Shown here: positions 1 through 9,695 of the stretch, in pieces
Position numbering within the stretch: position 1 is the stretch's first letter
Layout of the letters: every line of letters begins with the position of its first letter
Origin: Chitinophagales bacterium
GTDB lineage: Bacteria > Bacteroidota > Bacteroidia > Chitinophagales > Chitinophagaceae
Assembly (NCBI GenBank): GCA_038227505.1
Contig: JBBRPX010000001.1
Location: forward strand, 1,067 to 65,066
Length of the DNA: 64,000 bases
Reading direction: 5' to 3'
Notes under the pieces: generated by a model
What the model was told of the DNA's origin: nothing
The model's input: only the letters and a program-made list of their open reading frames with translations
The model's database searches: none
Translations under genes and position numbers: made by a program

Positions 1-104
1 ATAAACGACGAAGCCGGGCAGAGGCAGCCGCTTTAAAAAGGCTATTATTTCTCAATATTTTTTAATGATTATGTGTAAGTTCAATTAATAAGTGCAACAA
101 ATAG

Positions 105-148
105 GTTTCATCTTCTTTTGAGGGGTACCCCTCAAAAGAAGATGAAAC
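105..148. repeat. Perfect 44-bp palindrome inside the IS30 leader
   Basis: GTTTCATCTTCTTTTGAGGGGTACCCCTCAAAAGAAGATGAAAC is its own reverse complement. Confidence 0.95.
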
Positions 149-170
149 TGAAAAGCGAAATTTGTGTTGC

Positions 171-1178
171 ATGACAAAAAACTATTTCCAGCTCACCTTA
201 GCGCAAAGGTATCAAATTGAGGGTTTAAAAAAAGTGGGTTTAAAGCAATGTGAGATTGCAAAAGCTATAGGAGTTAATAATAGCACAATTAGCAGAGAGC
301 TGAAAAGAAACGTTCCAAAAAGGGGAACAGGAGCAAAATTATATGTAGCCCAAAAAGCTCAGGCAAAAACCGATAACAGGCACAAAATTAAACCCAAGCA
401 GATTTTATTTACTACATCATTAAAAGAAGTGGTTCATAAAAAAATGACTATTGAAAACTGGAGTCCTGAGCTTATAAGTGCGCAATGGAAAAAGGAAAAC
501 AAGCAGGGTGTAAGCCATGAAACTATTTATAAGTTTTTATGGCAAACTAAATTTGGCAATAAAAAAAAGGATGAGAAATTTAAGCCTCTATATAAGTTTT
601 TAAAACATGGTAAAAGACGCAGAAAGCGTGGTAATTATAAGGATAGCAGAGGCATGATACCCAACAGAATATCAATAGAAAAAAGGTCAGTAATAGTTGA
701 AAGAAGAAAAAGGTTAGGAGATATGGAGGTAGATTTAATTATTGGGAAAAACCATAAAAGCGGTTTGCTGGTAACCTTAGATAGAGCAACAATGATTACC
801 ACAATAGATAAAATAACATCTAAAAAACCAACGCATATAAAACGACTGATTTTAAAAAGAATGAAACATAATAAGCACCTTAAAACAATGACTTTTGATA
901 ATGACCAGGCTTTTAGTTTACATCAGGAAATTGCCAAAGAACTTAATATAAAAACTTTTTTTACCAGACCATACACTTCACAAGACAAGGGAAGTATTGA
1001 AAATAGAAATGGTGTGATAAGAAGATTTTATCCCAAGAAAACAGACTTTAATAATGTGACAAATAGTGATATAAAAAAAGTAGAAACAATGATTAATAAC
1101 AGACCCGTTAGAAAGTTTAATTATCAAACTCCTAATGAGGTATATTTACTAAAAGCAAAAATTGCACTTATTGCTTGA
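171..1178 (+). CDS. IS30-family DDE transposase
   Basis: N-terminal HTH (IAKAIGVNNSTISRELKRN); DDE residues in DMEVD, TFDND and GSIENRNG; typical IS30 C-terminus (NNRPVRKFNYQTPNE). ATG at 171 preferred over the TTG at 162. Confidence 0.95.
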   Translation: MTKNYFQLTLAQRYQIEGLKKVGLKQCEIAKAIGVNNSTISRELKRNVPKRGTGAKLYVAQKAQAKTDNRHKIKPKQILFTTSLKEVVHKKMTIENWSPELISAQWKKENKQGVSHETIYKFLWQTKFGNKKKDEKFKPLYKFLKHGKRRRKRGNYKDSRGMIPNRISIEKRSVIVERRKRLGDMEVDLIIGKNHKSGLLVTLDRATMITTIDKITSKKPTHIKRLILKRMKHNKHLKTMTFDNDQAFSLHQEIAKELNIKTFFTRPYTSQDKGSIENRNGVIRRFYPKKTDFNNVTNSDIKKVETMINNRPVRKFNYQTPNEVYLLKAKIALIA

Positions 1179-1281
1179 ACACAGAATGTAGTAACAACTA
1201 AAATTGTTAAAATAATTTTTGATTCCATGAAATTTTTAGAATTGTATCATCTAATACAAAAGAGAAATATAACTTTATAGC

Positions 1282-2106
1282 ATGGCAAATAATTTTGATA
1301 AAGAACGACACAGAAAAGCGCTGACCTACACCGCAATTATTTGTGGGGCTTTGCTGCTTATGTTTATTTTTATTAGTTGGACAGTATTGCCCCCTTCCCT
1401 TCCCGTAGTGCAAGATTTGATGGAAATTAATTTAGGCAACAACGATGAGGGTTTTGGCGAAACGCAACCACTCATTAAAGGCCCAGGCAAACCGGAAAAA
1501 GAAATTGCTGCACAACCACAGCCCTCTACCCAGAAAGAAGAAATAGTAGAAGAAAAAGTTACTCCTGATGATAATGCAGAGGAAGTTGCAGCACCTGTTT
1601 TAAAATCTGCTAAAAAAAAAGTCCCTGTAAAAACAACAACTGCTACACCTACAACGGCTGTAGTGCCTGCACCCAAACCTAAAACGCCAAAACTGGTTTA
1701 TAACGGACCAGGAACGAAAAACGGAAACAATGCCACGGAAGATAATGGCTACACCATGCAGGGAAATAACAAAAATGGAAAGGGAGATGCAGGTGACCCA
1801 ACGGGCAATAAAGATTCCTATGGCAACACACCTGGCGGCAAAGTGGGTGGGCCAAAAGTAATAAGTGGTAATAGAAAAGTAGTGCGTTATTATTCTTTTA
1901 CCGGCGAGTTGGCGAAAGCTACCATTAATGCGGTTATAAAAGTTTCACCTTCGGGTGTTGGTACATTTGTTCGAATAGGCCAAGGGAGTACAAGCTTTAG
2001 CAGAGATTATGCAAATGCAATTACCGGCTATCTTAGAACTATGCAATTTGATAAAGCCGATGATGAAAGTTTGGTGACGGTGCAGTTTAATTTTAATGTG
2101 CAGTAA
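1282..2106 (+). CDS. TonB-like energy transducer (N-terminal TM, Pro/Lys/Gly-rich linker, TonB C-terminal-like domain)
   Basis: Single N-terminal TM, low-complexity P/K/T and Gly-rich linker, C-terminal beta domain ending VQFNFNVQ; adjacent to folC. Confidence 0.7.
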   Translation: MANNFDKERHRKALTYTAIICGALLLMFIFISWTVLPPSLPVVQDLMEINLGNNDEGFGETQPLIKGPGKPEKEIAAQPQPSTQKEEIVEEKVTPDDNAEEVAAPVLKSAKKKVPVKTTTATPTTAVVPAPKPKTPKLVYNGPGTKNGNNATEDNGYTMQGNNKNGKGDAGDPTGNKDSYGNTPGGKVGGPKVISGNRKVVRYYSFTGELAKATINAVIKVSPSGVGTFVRIGQGSTSFSRDYANAITGYLRTMQFDKADDESLVTVQFNFNVQ

Positions 2107-2154
2107 ATTGTATTTAGTATAACCTACATTGTTTTAATATTTTAATTTTGAACA

Positions 2155-3453
2155 ATGATGACCTACAAAGAAACATTGGATTATTTGTATAGCCAATTGC
2201 CTATGTTTAGCAGAATTGGCAGCGCAGCCTACAAAACAGATTTACACAATACCTTAGCTCTTTGCAGGAGCATTGGTAATCCTCAAAACAGGTATAAAAC
2301 AATTCATATTGCCGGTACAAATGGCAAAGGCAGTACTTCGCACATGCTTGCTGCAATATTGCAGGAGTCCGGTTATAAAATCGGGCTTTATACATCTCCA
2401 CATATAAAAGATTTTAGAGAACGAATTCGGGTAAATGGCGAAATGGTTTCGGAGAAATTTGTGATTGATTTTACTGAAAGAACAACAATGATTAACAAAG
2501 AAATTGAGCCTTCTTTTTTTGAGGTTACTGTGGCAATGGCATTTGAATATTTTGCTGAACAACAGGTTGATTTTGCTGTGATAGAAACTGGACTTGGTGG
2601 GCTGCTGGATAGTACCAATATAATAATGCCTATACTTTCAATTATTACTAATATTGGCTACGACCATCAAAATATTTTAGGTAATACCCTTGAAGAAATT
2701 GCAACACAAAAAGCAGGTATTATAAAAGAAAAAGTACCAGTAGTGGTTGGTGAAACTTTGACAAACACAAAACCAATTTTTATTAAAACTGCTTTGGACA
2801 AAAAAACTTCCATACAATTTGCAGAAGAAAACTTTATTACGTCGTTTATTGATGTTGAAGGAGAATTGTTGCTTTGTAATGTAAAAGACTTGGCTGAAAA
2901 TGTTATTGAAAAGTTTAGATGTGGATTATCGGGGTTGTATCAGGCAAAAAATATTTGTACCGTGTTGGCTGCAGTAAAAGAACTCAGACAACTTGCAATC
3001 AAAATCCCGGAAGAAGCACTGCACAATGGAATTGAAAAGGTGAAAGAAATTACCGGCTTGCGTGGCAGGTGGGAAATTTTACAACAACGTCCAACTATCA
3101 TAGCTGACGTTGCTCACAACAAAGACGGGATACAGCAAGTAATTGACCAGTTAAATATAAATTACCCGACAGCTCAACTTCATTTTGTGCTCGGTTTTGT
3201 GAAAGACAAAGATGTAGAAAATGTGTTGACACTCTTTCCAGATAATGCCAGATATTATTTTACAAATGCCCATATACCAAGAGCAATGCTAAATATTGAC
3301 TTGCAAGAAAAAGCTGCAAAAGCAGGCTTGGTCGGAGAATATTTTGAAACAGTAGATGAGGCTGTAATTAGCGCAAAACAACATGCTACCGAAAAAGACG
3401 TCATTATGATTTGCGGCAGTTTTTTTATAATCGCCGAATCTGAACTTTTATAA
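2155..3453 (+). CDS. folC: Folylpolyglutamate synthase / dihydrofolate synthase
   Basis: HIAGTNGKGST P-loop, YTSPH, ETGLGGLLDSTN and DVAHN motifs. Confidence 0.95.
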   Translation: MMTYKETLDYLYSQLPMFSRIGSAAYKTDLHNTLALCRSIGNPQNRYKTIHIAGTNGKGSTSHMLAAILQESGYKIGLYTSPHIKDFRERIRVNGEMVSEKFVIDFTERTTMINKEIEPSFFEVTVAMAFEYFAEQQVDFAVIETGLGGLLDSTNIIMPILSIITNIGYDHQNILGNTLEEIATQKAGIIKEKVPVVVGETLTNTKPIFIKTALDKKTSIQFAEENFITSFIDVEGELLLCNVKDLAENVIEKFRCGLSGLYQAKNICTVLAAVKELRQLAIKIPEEALHNGIEKVKEITGLRGRWEILQQRPTIIADVAHNKDGIQQVIDQLNINYPTAQLHFVLGFVKDKDVENVLTLFPDNARYYFTNAHIPRAMLNIDLQEKAAKAGLVGEYFETVDEAVISAKQHATEKDVIMICGSFFIIAESELL

Positions 3454-3987
3454 GCTATTCAAGAATTTTGCAGCCCTGTAAAAACAAAGTTCGTGCATGC
3501 TTTGTTTAAATTGATAAGAATCGATCATTAGCTTTACTTCATCCAAAGGCTTCAACATAATTTTTATTTCTTCGTTGGCATCAAGCGATTGTTCCGATGT
3601 TTTTTCGCCGCCTGTTGCTAAAAATAAATGAGTAGCATTGGTTAATACGCCTGGGTTTGAATATGTTTTACCGAGGTAATGATAACCTGTAAAACTGTAA
3701 CCAGTTTCTTCCTGTAATTCACGCTTGATGGCAGTTTCAGGGGTTTCATCCTTATCAATAAAACCACCGGCAAATTCTATGGACTGTTGCTGAATAGGAT
3801 GTCTGTATTGCTCAACCACTAAAACTTGATTTTCTTGTGTGATGGCAACTGCCAAGACACATTCAGGTAGTTCAACTACGAAATAAGGGTCTACTATTTT
3901 TCCTGTGGGTGTTTGATAACTATCTTTTCGTGCAGTAAAATATTGATGGTTGCTAATGTATTCTTTGGTAAGTATTGTAAAAGGCAT
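3448..3987 (-). CDS. NUDIX hydrolase (ADP-ribose pyrophosphatase-like)
   Basis: Nudix box GGFIDKDETPETAIKRELQEETGY. Confidence 0.9.
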   Translation of the reverse strand: MPFTILTKEYISNHQYFTARKDSYQTPTGKIVDPYFVVELPECVLAVAITQENQVLVVEQYRHPIQQQSIEFAGGFIDKDETPETAIKRELQEETGYSFTGYHYLGKTYSNPGVLTNATHLFLATGGEKTSEQSLDANEEIKIMLKPLDEVKLMIDSYQFKQSMHELCFYRAAKFLNSL

Positions 3988-4063
3988 AAAAAATTATTAG
4001 GGGAAAAAGAAAATTATTTTCAATCTAATGCATAATAAAAGATGAAAATGTTACACTTTTGAA

Positions 4064-4134
4064 GGGCTGCGGGATAGAAGTGAAAATACTATTGTGAGGC
4101 ACGAACAATAGATTGCAACGAATATGAGCCCGAT
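4064..4134 (+). repeat. Structured intergenic repeat, copy 1 (candidate ncRNA or REP-like element)
   Basis: GGGCTGCGGGATAGAAGTGAAAAT...hairpin...GATTGCAACGAATATGAGCCCGAT; a second copy lies at 54237-54310 on the minus strand. Confidence 0.8.
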
Positions 4135-4176
4135 TATAAGTTGAAAATTGTAGTATGTTGAAAGCCCCAAAACATA

Positions 4177-4701
4177 TTACCAACCCTTTCGCTCTCGTAA
4201 TTTATTTATATGTGCTATGTGGTGTTTGCCGTGCCATGCGTACTGACCAAGTAAATACCAATTACTCATTTGTTTCCCATACTCAGGGTGCACTACGGTG
4301 CGGTGCCAATCATCGCCTTTTATATTTTTTAAAAGCTCTAGCATGCGTGCATGCAACGCATACAACAAAGTAATAGACACATTTATTGGGATGTTTTTTA
4401 CATCGCTTAATTGTGTAAATGCTTGTTGGTTATATGGCTTAATGGTTGGATTATTTTCAGTTAGTGCGAGTTTAAAACGCATGAAAGCGTTGATATGGCT
4501 GTCTGCAACATGGTGCACCACTTCCCTACTGTTCCAACCGCCCTGGCGGTAAGGTTCTTCTAATTGCGCAGCATCTAAATTTGTAATGGAGTATTCCAAA
4601 GCTTTTGGCAGCACTTCTATATCAAGCAACCACTCCTTTAATTGTTGTTCGGAAAATGGCTGTTCAATGTATTTGCCTATTGGATAACTTAAATCTTCCA
4701 T
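4177..4701 (-). CDS. YfiT/BstA-like DinB-family (bacillithiol-type) S-transferase
   Basis: LSYPIG start, YRQGGW...VVHHVADSH, YAWHGKHHIAHI metal-binding His motifs. Confidence 0.85.
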   Translation of the reverse strand: MEDLSYPIGKYIEQPFSEQQLKEWLLDIEVLPKALEYSITNLDAAQLEEPYRQGGWNSREVVHHVADSHINAFMRFKLALTENNPTIKPYNQQAFTQLSDVKNIPINVSITLLYALHARMLELLKNIKGDDWHRTVVHPEYGKQMSNWYLLGQYAWHGKHHIAHINKLRERKGW

Positions 4702-4704
4702 AAT

Positions 4705-5451
4705 TTATTTTGTTTCTGCAGTTTTTGCAGGTTTAATATCTTCTAAAGTCATATCAAAAATAAGCAAAGCATTTGGCGAAATTGGTGAACCTTGCGGAGG
4801 ATATTCACCATAAGCTAAATCGCCCGGGATATACACTTTCCAATGCGAGCCTTTTGTCATTAACTGTAAAATTTCTGTCCAACCTTTAATAACTCCGGTA
4901 AGTGGAAAAGAAATTGGTTTACCCCGTTTAAAAGAATTGTCAAACTCGGTTCCGTTAACCAGCGTGCCGATATAATTCACAACGACTGTATCAACTGTTT
5001 GCGGCTTTGGTCCGGTAGGCTCACCAGCTTTTATTACTTCATACTGTAACCCATTAGCTAAGGCAATAACACCATTGCGTTTTTTGTTTGCATCAAGATA
5101 TGTTTGACCTTCCTGCTTTTGGGCATCAGTTTTATTTTTTGTAAATTCCTGAAGTTTTTGTTGTAGTGTGATACCAGCTTGTTCTATGGTTAAATCTGTT
5201 TTCGATTTTGAATACACATCATTCAAAGCTTTTGCAAATAATGCTGAATTAATTTTTGTGGCACCTGCCTGCATAAGACTTGCGCCGATATTCATACCGG
5301 CTGCATAGCTAAAACTATCTACCGCATTTTTAAAGCCTACATTTGGTTTTACTGCAACTGTAGAAGTTTTTTTTACAGGCAATACTTTTTTTTGGGCATT
5401 TACATTCAATAAGAGAATAGCTGCAATCGCAGTCAACATTAATTTTTTCAT
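4705..5451 (-). CDS. FKBP-type peptidyl-prolyl cis-trans isomerase
   Basis: Signal peptide, FKBP_N domain (SYAAG, GLQYEVI), VIKGWTE and YIPGDLAYG motifs. Confidence 0.95.
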   Translation of the reverse strand: MKKLMLTAIAAILLLNVNAQKKVLPVKKTSTVAVKPNVGFKNAVDSFSYAAGMNIGASLMQAGATKINSALFAKALNDVYSKSKTDLTIEQAGITLQQKLQEFTKNKTDAQKQEGQTYLDANKKRNGVIALANGLQYEVIKAGEPTGPKPQTVDTVVVNYIGTLVNGTEFDNSFKRGKPISFPLTGVIKGWTEILQLMTKGSHWKVYIPGDLAYGEYPPQGSPISPNALLIFDMTLEDIKPAKTAETK

Positions 5452-5493
5452 TTTTATAGTTCCGTCATTTAAGTTTTTAATAATAGTATTTAT

Positions 5494-6255
5494 TTAATCT
5501 GGTCGCATTTCTTTTCCTGTTAATTGAATAAAAACATCTTCGAGGTTAGCAGCCTTTACCTGCTTAGGGCGCTCAAAACCTGTTGCCACCAATTCGTCTA
5601 TCATCTTATCGGGCGTATCTAGTTTTATAATTTTACCTTCATCCATAATGGCTATTCTATCACAAAGCTGCTCAGCTTCATCCATATAATGTGTAGTAAG
5701 AATAACGGTTGTACCTGCTGCCCTAATTTCCCTAATTAAGTCCCATAAATTTCTACGAGCTTGCGGATCTAAACCTGTTGTAGGCTCATCTAAAAATATA
5801 ATTTTGGGATTGTTTATTAAGGTGGTGGCTATTGAAAACCGTTGCTTTTGCCCACCGCTCAATTCTTTACTTTTATTTTTTGCCTTATCTACTAAATTCA
5901 CTTTTTCAAGCAGTTCCAAAGCATTTACATTTCTGTTGTAAAGGCCGCTAAAAAGTTTAATTAATTCGAGTAAATTTAAGCCCGGGTAAAATCCTGATGT
6001 TTGCAACTGAACGCCAATTATCTTTTTTATTTCGCTTTGCTCTTTGTCAAGATCAAAACCATTTACCCAAACTTTTCCTGAAGTTTTTGGGCGTAGGGTT
6101 TCAATGATCTCGAGGGTTGTACTTTTGCCGGCACCATTTGGACCTAACAAGCCAAAAATTTCACCCTCCTCAACATTAAATGAAACCGATTTTACAGCTT
6201 CAAACTGACCGTAATTTTTTACAAGGTTTTCAACCTTTATTATTGAATTTTGCAT
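5494..6255 (-). CDS. ABC transporter ATP-binding protein
   Basis: GPNGAGKS Walker A, LSGGQKQR signature, FLDEPT Walker B. Start taken as the ATG at 6255. Confidence 0.95.
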   Translation of the reverse strand: MQNSIIKVENLVKNYGQFEAVKSVSFNVEEGEIFGLLGPNGAGKSTTLEIIETLRPKTSGKVWVNGFDLDKEQSEIKKIIGVQLQTSGFYPGLNLLELIKLFSGLYNRNVNALELLEKVNLVDKAKNKSKELSGGQKQRFSIATTLINNPKIIFLDEPTTGLDPQARRNLWDLIREIRAAGTTVILTTHYMDEAEQLCDRIAIMDEGKIIKLDTPDKMIDELVATGFERPKQVKAANLEDVFIQLTGKEMRPD

Positions 6256-6300
6256 TGCTGTAAAGTTAGTCAATCAAACAACTAAAACTATTATTCAAAA

Positions 6301-7332
6301 TTAAACTGTATCCCCCTTTGCTGTTGCATATAAATAACTTTCTAATTCTTCCATCATATTTATGGATCCCACAAAAAAGGGTGTCCGCTGGTGTAGTTCA
6401 GTAGGAACAATATCTAAAATATTAATTTTTCCGTTGGTGGCTTTCCCTCCTGCTTTTTCAACTATAAACGCAAACGGATTACACTCATATAATAACCTTA
6501 GTTTACCACCCGGTTTGTCAGTTGTGCCAGGATACAAAAAAATCCCTCCTTTAATTAAATTTCTGTGAACATCAGATACCATGCTGCCGATATAACGCTG
6601 GGTATATGGACCGCCTGTCAATTTATCTTTTTTCTGACACGCTGTTATGTATTCTTTTACAGGTTGATCATATCGGAAAAAATTACCATGATTTACGGAA
6701 TACATTTTTCCATCCGGCGGACATTTTATATTAGGATGACTCATTAAATATTCTCCAATCTGCCTGTCAAGGGTAAACCCGTTTACGCCTCTTTTGGTCG
6801 CATAGACTAACATGGTTGATGAACCGAATACCACGTAACCAGCAGCTATTTGTTTATTGCCGGGCTGCAGAAAATCTTCTTTTGTAGCAGGCTTCCCCAA
6901 TTCACTAACACGTCTGTAAATACTAAAAATAGTGCCGATAGAAACATTAACGTCAATATTTGAACTTCCATCCAATGGATCAAAAAGACAAACGTATTTA
7001 GATTTATTGCTAGTCTCATCATCAAATATCACAATATCATCCAATTCTTCACTGCCAATTCCTGCACAGCTAATGCCATGACGCAACACACCCATCAATT
7101 GGTCATTTGCAAAAATATCGAGCTTTTTTACTTCTTCGCCCTGTACGTTAGTTGTACCATAATCACCTAAAATATCAACCAATCCTGCTTTGTTAACTTC
7201 GACGTTAACTCTTTTACATGCTAGGCCAATATCTCTTAACAACCCCGCAAACTCACCTGTGGCTAAAGGAAAGGCTCTCATTTCTTGAATTGTAAATTCA
7301 TCGAGTGTTAGAATGTTTCTGTTTGTAGGCAT
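6301..7332 (-). CDS. fbp: Class 1 fructose-1,6-bisphosphatase
   Basis: KKLD, DPLDGSSN, RYIGSMV and GKLRLLYECNP motifs. Confidence 0.97.
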   Translation of the reverse strand: MPTNRNILTLDEFTIQEMRAFPLATGEFAGLLRDIGLACKRVNVEVNKAGLVDILGDYGTTNVQGEEVKKLDIFANDQLMGVLRHGISCAGIGSEELDDIVIFDDETSNKSKYVCLFDPLDGSSNIDVNVSIGTIFSIYRRVSELGKPATKEDFLQPGNKQIAAGYVVFGSSTMLVYATKRGVNGFTLDRQIGEYLMSHPNIKCPPDGKMYSVNHGNFFRYDQPVKEYITACQKKDKLTGGPYTQRYIGSMVSDVHRNLIKGGIFLYPGTTDKPGGKLRLLYECNPFAFIVEKAGGKATNGKINILDIVPTELHQRTPFFVGSINMMEELESYLYATAKGDTV

Positions 7333-7524
7333 ATTTTATTATTAAGAATTAAAATGTTCTAATCAAGATGCAGGCAGATAAAATATCTAGATATTATTTT
7401 TTTGATAATAGATTTGCAATGTAAATATAATTAGAAAGAAAAAGTAGCACCGGAGAAAATGGTTACAAAATCCTCCTAACAAGTACACTCTTTTTTAATC
7501 TTACTAACAATATAATAGTAATAC

Positions 7525-8790
7525 ATGCGTGTTTTTAAATTTGGTGGTGCTTCAATAAATAGTATTGAGAGAATAAAGAATACAGGGAGCATAATAAAGG
7601 GTAATGCAGATCAAAAATTATTGGTCGTGGTATCAGCAATGGGTAAAACAACCAATGGCCTAGAAAAAATTGCTGAAGCTTATTTCTATAACAGAAAAGA
7701 CGATGCACTTGCACTTTTTGAGCAGATTAAAAAAAGCCACCTCGATTTGGTAAAATATTTATTGGTACATAATTGGAAAGCTGCCGAAGACCAACTAAAA
7801 GATTTTTTTACAGAAATAGAATGGATGCTGCACGATAAACCTGTGCGTAGTTACGATTATTACTATGACCAGATAGTTTGTTGTGGAGAGTTATTTAGCA
7901 CGTGTATTGTTGCCCATTATCTTGCAGAACAAAATGTAAGAATTAAATGGCTGGATGTTAGAGATATTTTTAGAACCGATAATAATTTTAGAGATGCCAG
8001 CATTGATTTCAATTTTACAGAGGGCAAAATAAAAGAAAATGTGGAGTCGCTTTTTAATGAGTTTGATGTTATAATGACTCAGGGGTTTATCGGGTCAACG
8101 GATGAAAATGAAAGTACTACACTCGGTCGTGAGGGAAGTGATTACTCTGCCGCCATTTTTGCAAATATTTTAAATGCAGATAACCTAACAATTTGGAAAG
8201 ATGTTCCTGCTGTAATGAATGCCGACCCAAACAAATTTAAAGAAGCAGTAAATATACCTTTACTGAATTATACCGAAGTTATAGAAATGGCTTATTACGG
8301 TGCTCAGGTGATTCACCCAAAAACGATTAAGCCGTTGCAAAATAAAAATATACCACTATATGTAAAAAGCTTCCTTGATACTGCGCTTCCGGGCACGATC
8401 ATTAACGCTGAAAAAGCAACAGAACTTCCGCCCATTATTGTATTAAAAAGCCAGCAGGTGCTTATACATTTTCGTTCAAAAGATTTCTCATTTATGGAAG
8501 GAAAGGCTTTGGGGCAGCTGCATAAGATATTTAATTCTGTGAAACTTCAGCCCAATCTTACTCAAAATACTGCCATTTCATTTGTTTGTTGTTTTGATGG
8601 ACATACAGAAAAAACAGGCAAAATCGCTGCTGATGCGTCTCTGCTTTTTGACGTAGATGTAGAAAGAGATTTATCTCTACTTACCATTCGCCACTACGAT
8701 AATGAAACAATTGAAAAATTAACGAAGGGTAAAAATATTATACTCCAACAGAGAACCCCTGAAACGATGCAGGCTGTTGTAAGAAACTAA
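7525..8790 (+). CDS. lysC: Aspartate kinase
   Basis: VFKFGGAS, TTLGREGSDYSA, WKDVPAVMNADP and GAQVIHPKT motifs. Confidence 0.9.
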   Translation: MRVFKFGGASINSIERIKNTGSIIKGNADQKLLVVVSAMGKTTNGLEKIAEAYFYNRKDDALALFEQIKKSHLDLVKYLLVHNWKAAEDQLKDFFTEIEWMLHDKPVRSYDYYYDQIVCCGELFSTCIVAHYLAEQNVRIKWLDVRDIFRTDNNFRDASIDFNFTEGKIKENVESLFNEFDVIMTQGFIGSTDENESTTLGREGSDYSAAIFANILNADNLTIWKDVPAVMNADPNKFKEAVNIPLLNYTEVIEMAYYGAQVIHPKTIKPLQNKNIPLYVKSFLDTALPGTIINAEKATELPPIIVLKSQQVLIHFRSKDFSFMEGKALGQLHKIFNSVKLQPNLTQNTAISFVCCFDGHTEKTGKIAADASLLFDVDVERDLSLLTIRHYDNETIEKLTKGKNIILQQRTPETMQAVVRN

Positions 8791-8791
8791 T

Positions 8792-8821
8792 AAAAATGCC
8801 GGAAATATTTCGGCATTTTTT
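8792..8821. terminator. Bidirectional intrinsic terminator
   Basis: AAAAATGCCG-loop-CGGCATTTTT between convergent genes. Confidence 0.8.
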
Positions 8822-8834
8822 ATAATCAATTATA

Positions 8835-9596
8835 CTAGTTTACTACATATTCTCCTTTTCTATTCACCATGATAATGGGCAACTCTTTCTTAAGTTCAAA
8901 ATAATCAAATACTTCTTTAATGTTGCTGTTAAACTGCTTCAGGTAATTATTGTCCTTCATTGTATTTTCTAAAAAATCCATTGACTTTTTTACATTGTAC
9001 TTAACAGGAAAAACATGAACTGGTATAAATTCTTGACCTTGGTTCCTAACATTGCTTGCCAAAAAATACAATTCCTCAATTGGTGCATCTGTAATAGGAA
9101 TACAGCCTGTAGAAACACAATCACCATGAATATAAATTGCGCTACCAGGTCTGTTGGCATCGCTTAAAATTCTATCAGATGCATTTGGATAATTAAGACC
9201 TAAAGAAAGGTGGTAACTGCTATTTGGATTAAACTCGTTTATGTAATAAAATCCTTCCGGCACCTGATAATCTCCCTCAACTCGTTTGGGGCCCATGGCA
9301 CCACTTTGCTGGCAAACCTTATAAGTTTTAAATAATTTATAGGGTCCTTTATCAGCTGATTTTACCCAAATTTCTAGCTGCCTGTCATATTTAAAAGATC
9401 GGAGATACATTGCTTGGGGAGGCCAAACAAGGTTTTGCTTTTCAAACTGCTTTTTTAATGAGTCTTCAAAACGGCTAGCTCCTTCAGTGGACTTTAAAAA
9501 ATATTTTGGTCCCGATACTGTTTGAGCAGAGGCGAAAAATGCAAAGCTCAGAAAAATAAAAAATAAACAGACTAGCCTGAACAATTTGTTATTCAT
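8835..9596 (-). CDS. L,D-transpeptidase family protein (YafK-like)
   Basis: GPKRVEGDYQVPEGFY, YHLSLGLNYPN and IYIHGDCVSTGC catalytic motif. Confidence 0.9.
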   Translation of the reverse strand: MNNKLFRLVCLFFIFLSFAFFASAQTVSGPKYFLKSTEGASRFEDSLKKQFEKQNLVWPPQAMYLRSFKYDRQLEIWVKSADKGPYKLFKTYKVCQQSGAMGPKRVEGDYQVPEGFYYINEFNPNSSYHLSLGLNYPNASDRILSDANRPGSAIYIHGDCVSTGCIPITDAPIEELYFLASNVRNQGQEFIPVHVFPVKYNVKKSMDFLENTMKDNNYLKQFNSNIKEVFDYFELKKELPIIMVNRKGEYVVN

Positions 9597-9695
9597 ATAA
9601 AATAAAAAATGTTTTTTAATATTGGTTAGGCTAAAGTATTGAAAATATTCAATTAAGTCTGTTAAAAATTACCCGAATAATTCTCATTTCCCTCC

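Larger units (their letters stand above)
74..1185 (+). mobile_element. IS30-family insertion sequence
   Basis: Imperfect 26-bp terminal IRs (74-99 TGTAAGTTCAATTAATAAGTGCAACA vs reverse complement of 1160-1185, 19/26 identical), flanked by a 3-bp direct repeat ATG (71-73, 1186-1188). Encloses the transposase ORF, whose stop lies inside the right IR. Confidence 0.9.

Noticed and set aside
1612-1620. A9 tract in the tonB-like gene as a phase-variation site
   Set aside because: Homopolymeric A/T runs are common throughout this AT-rich window and the frame is intact.
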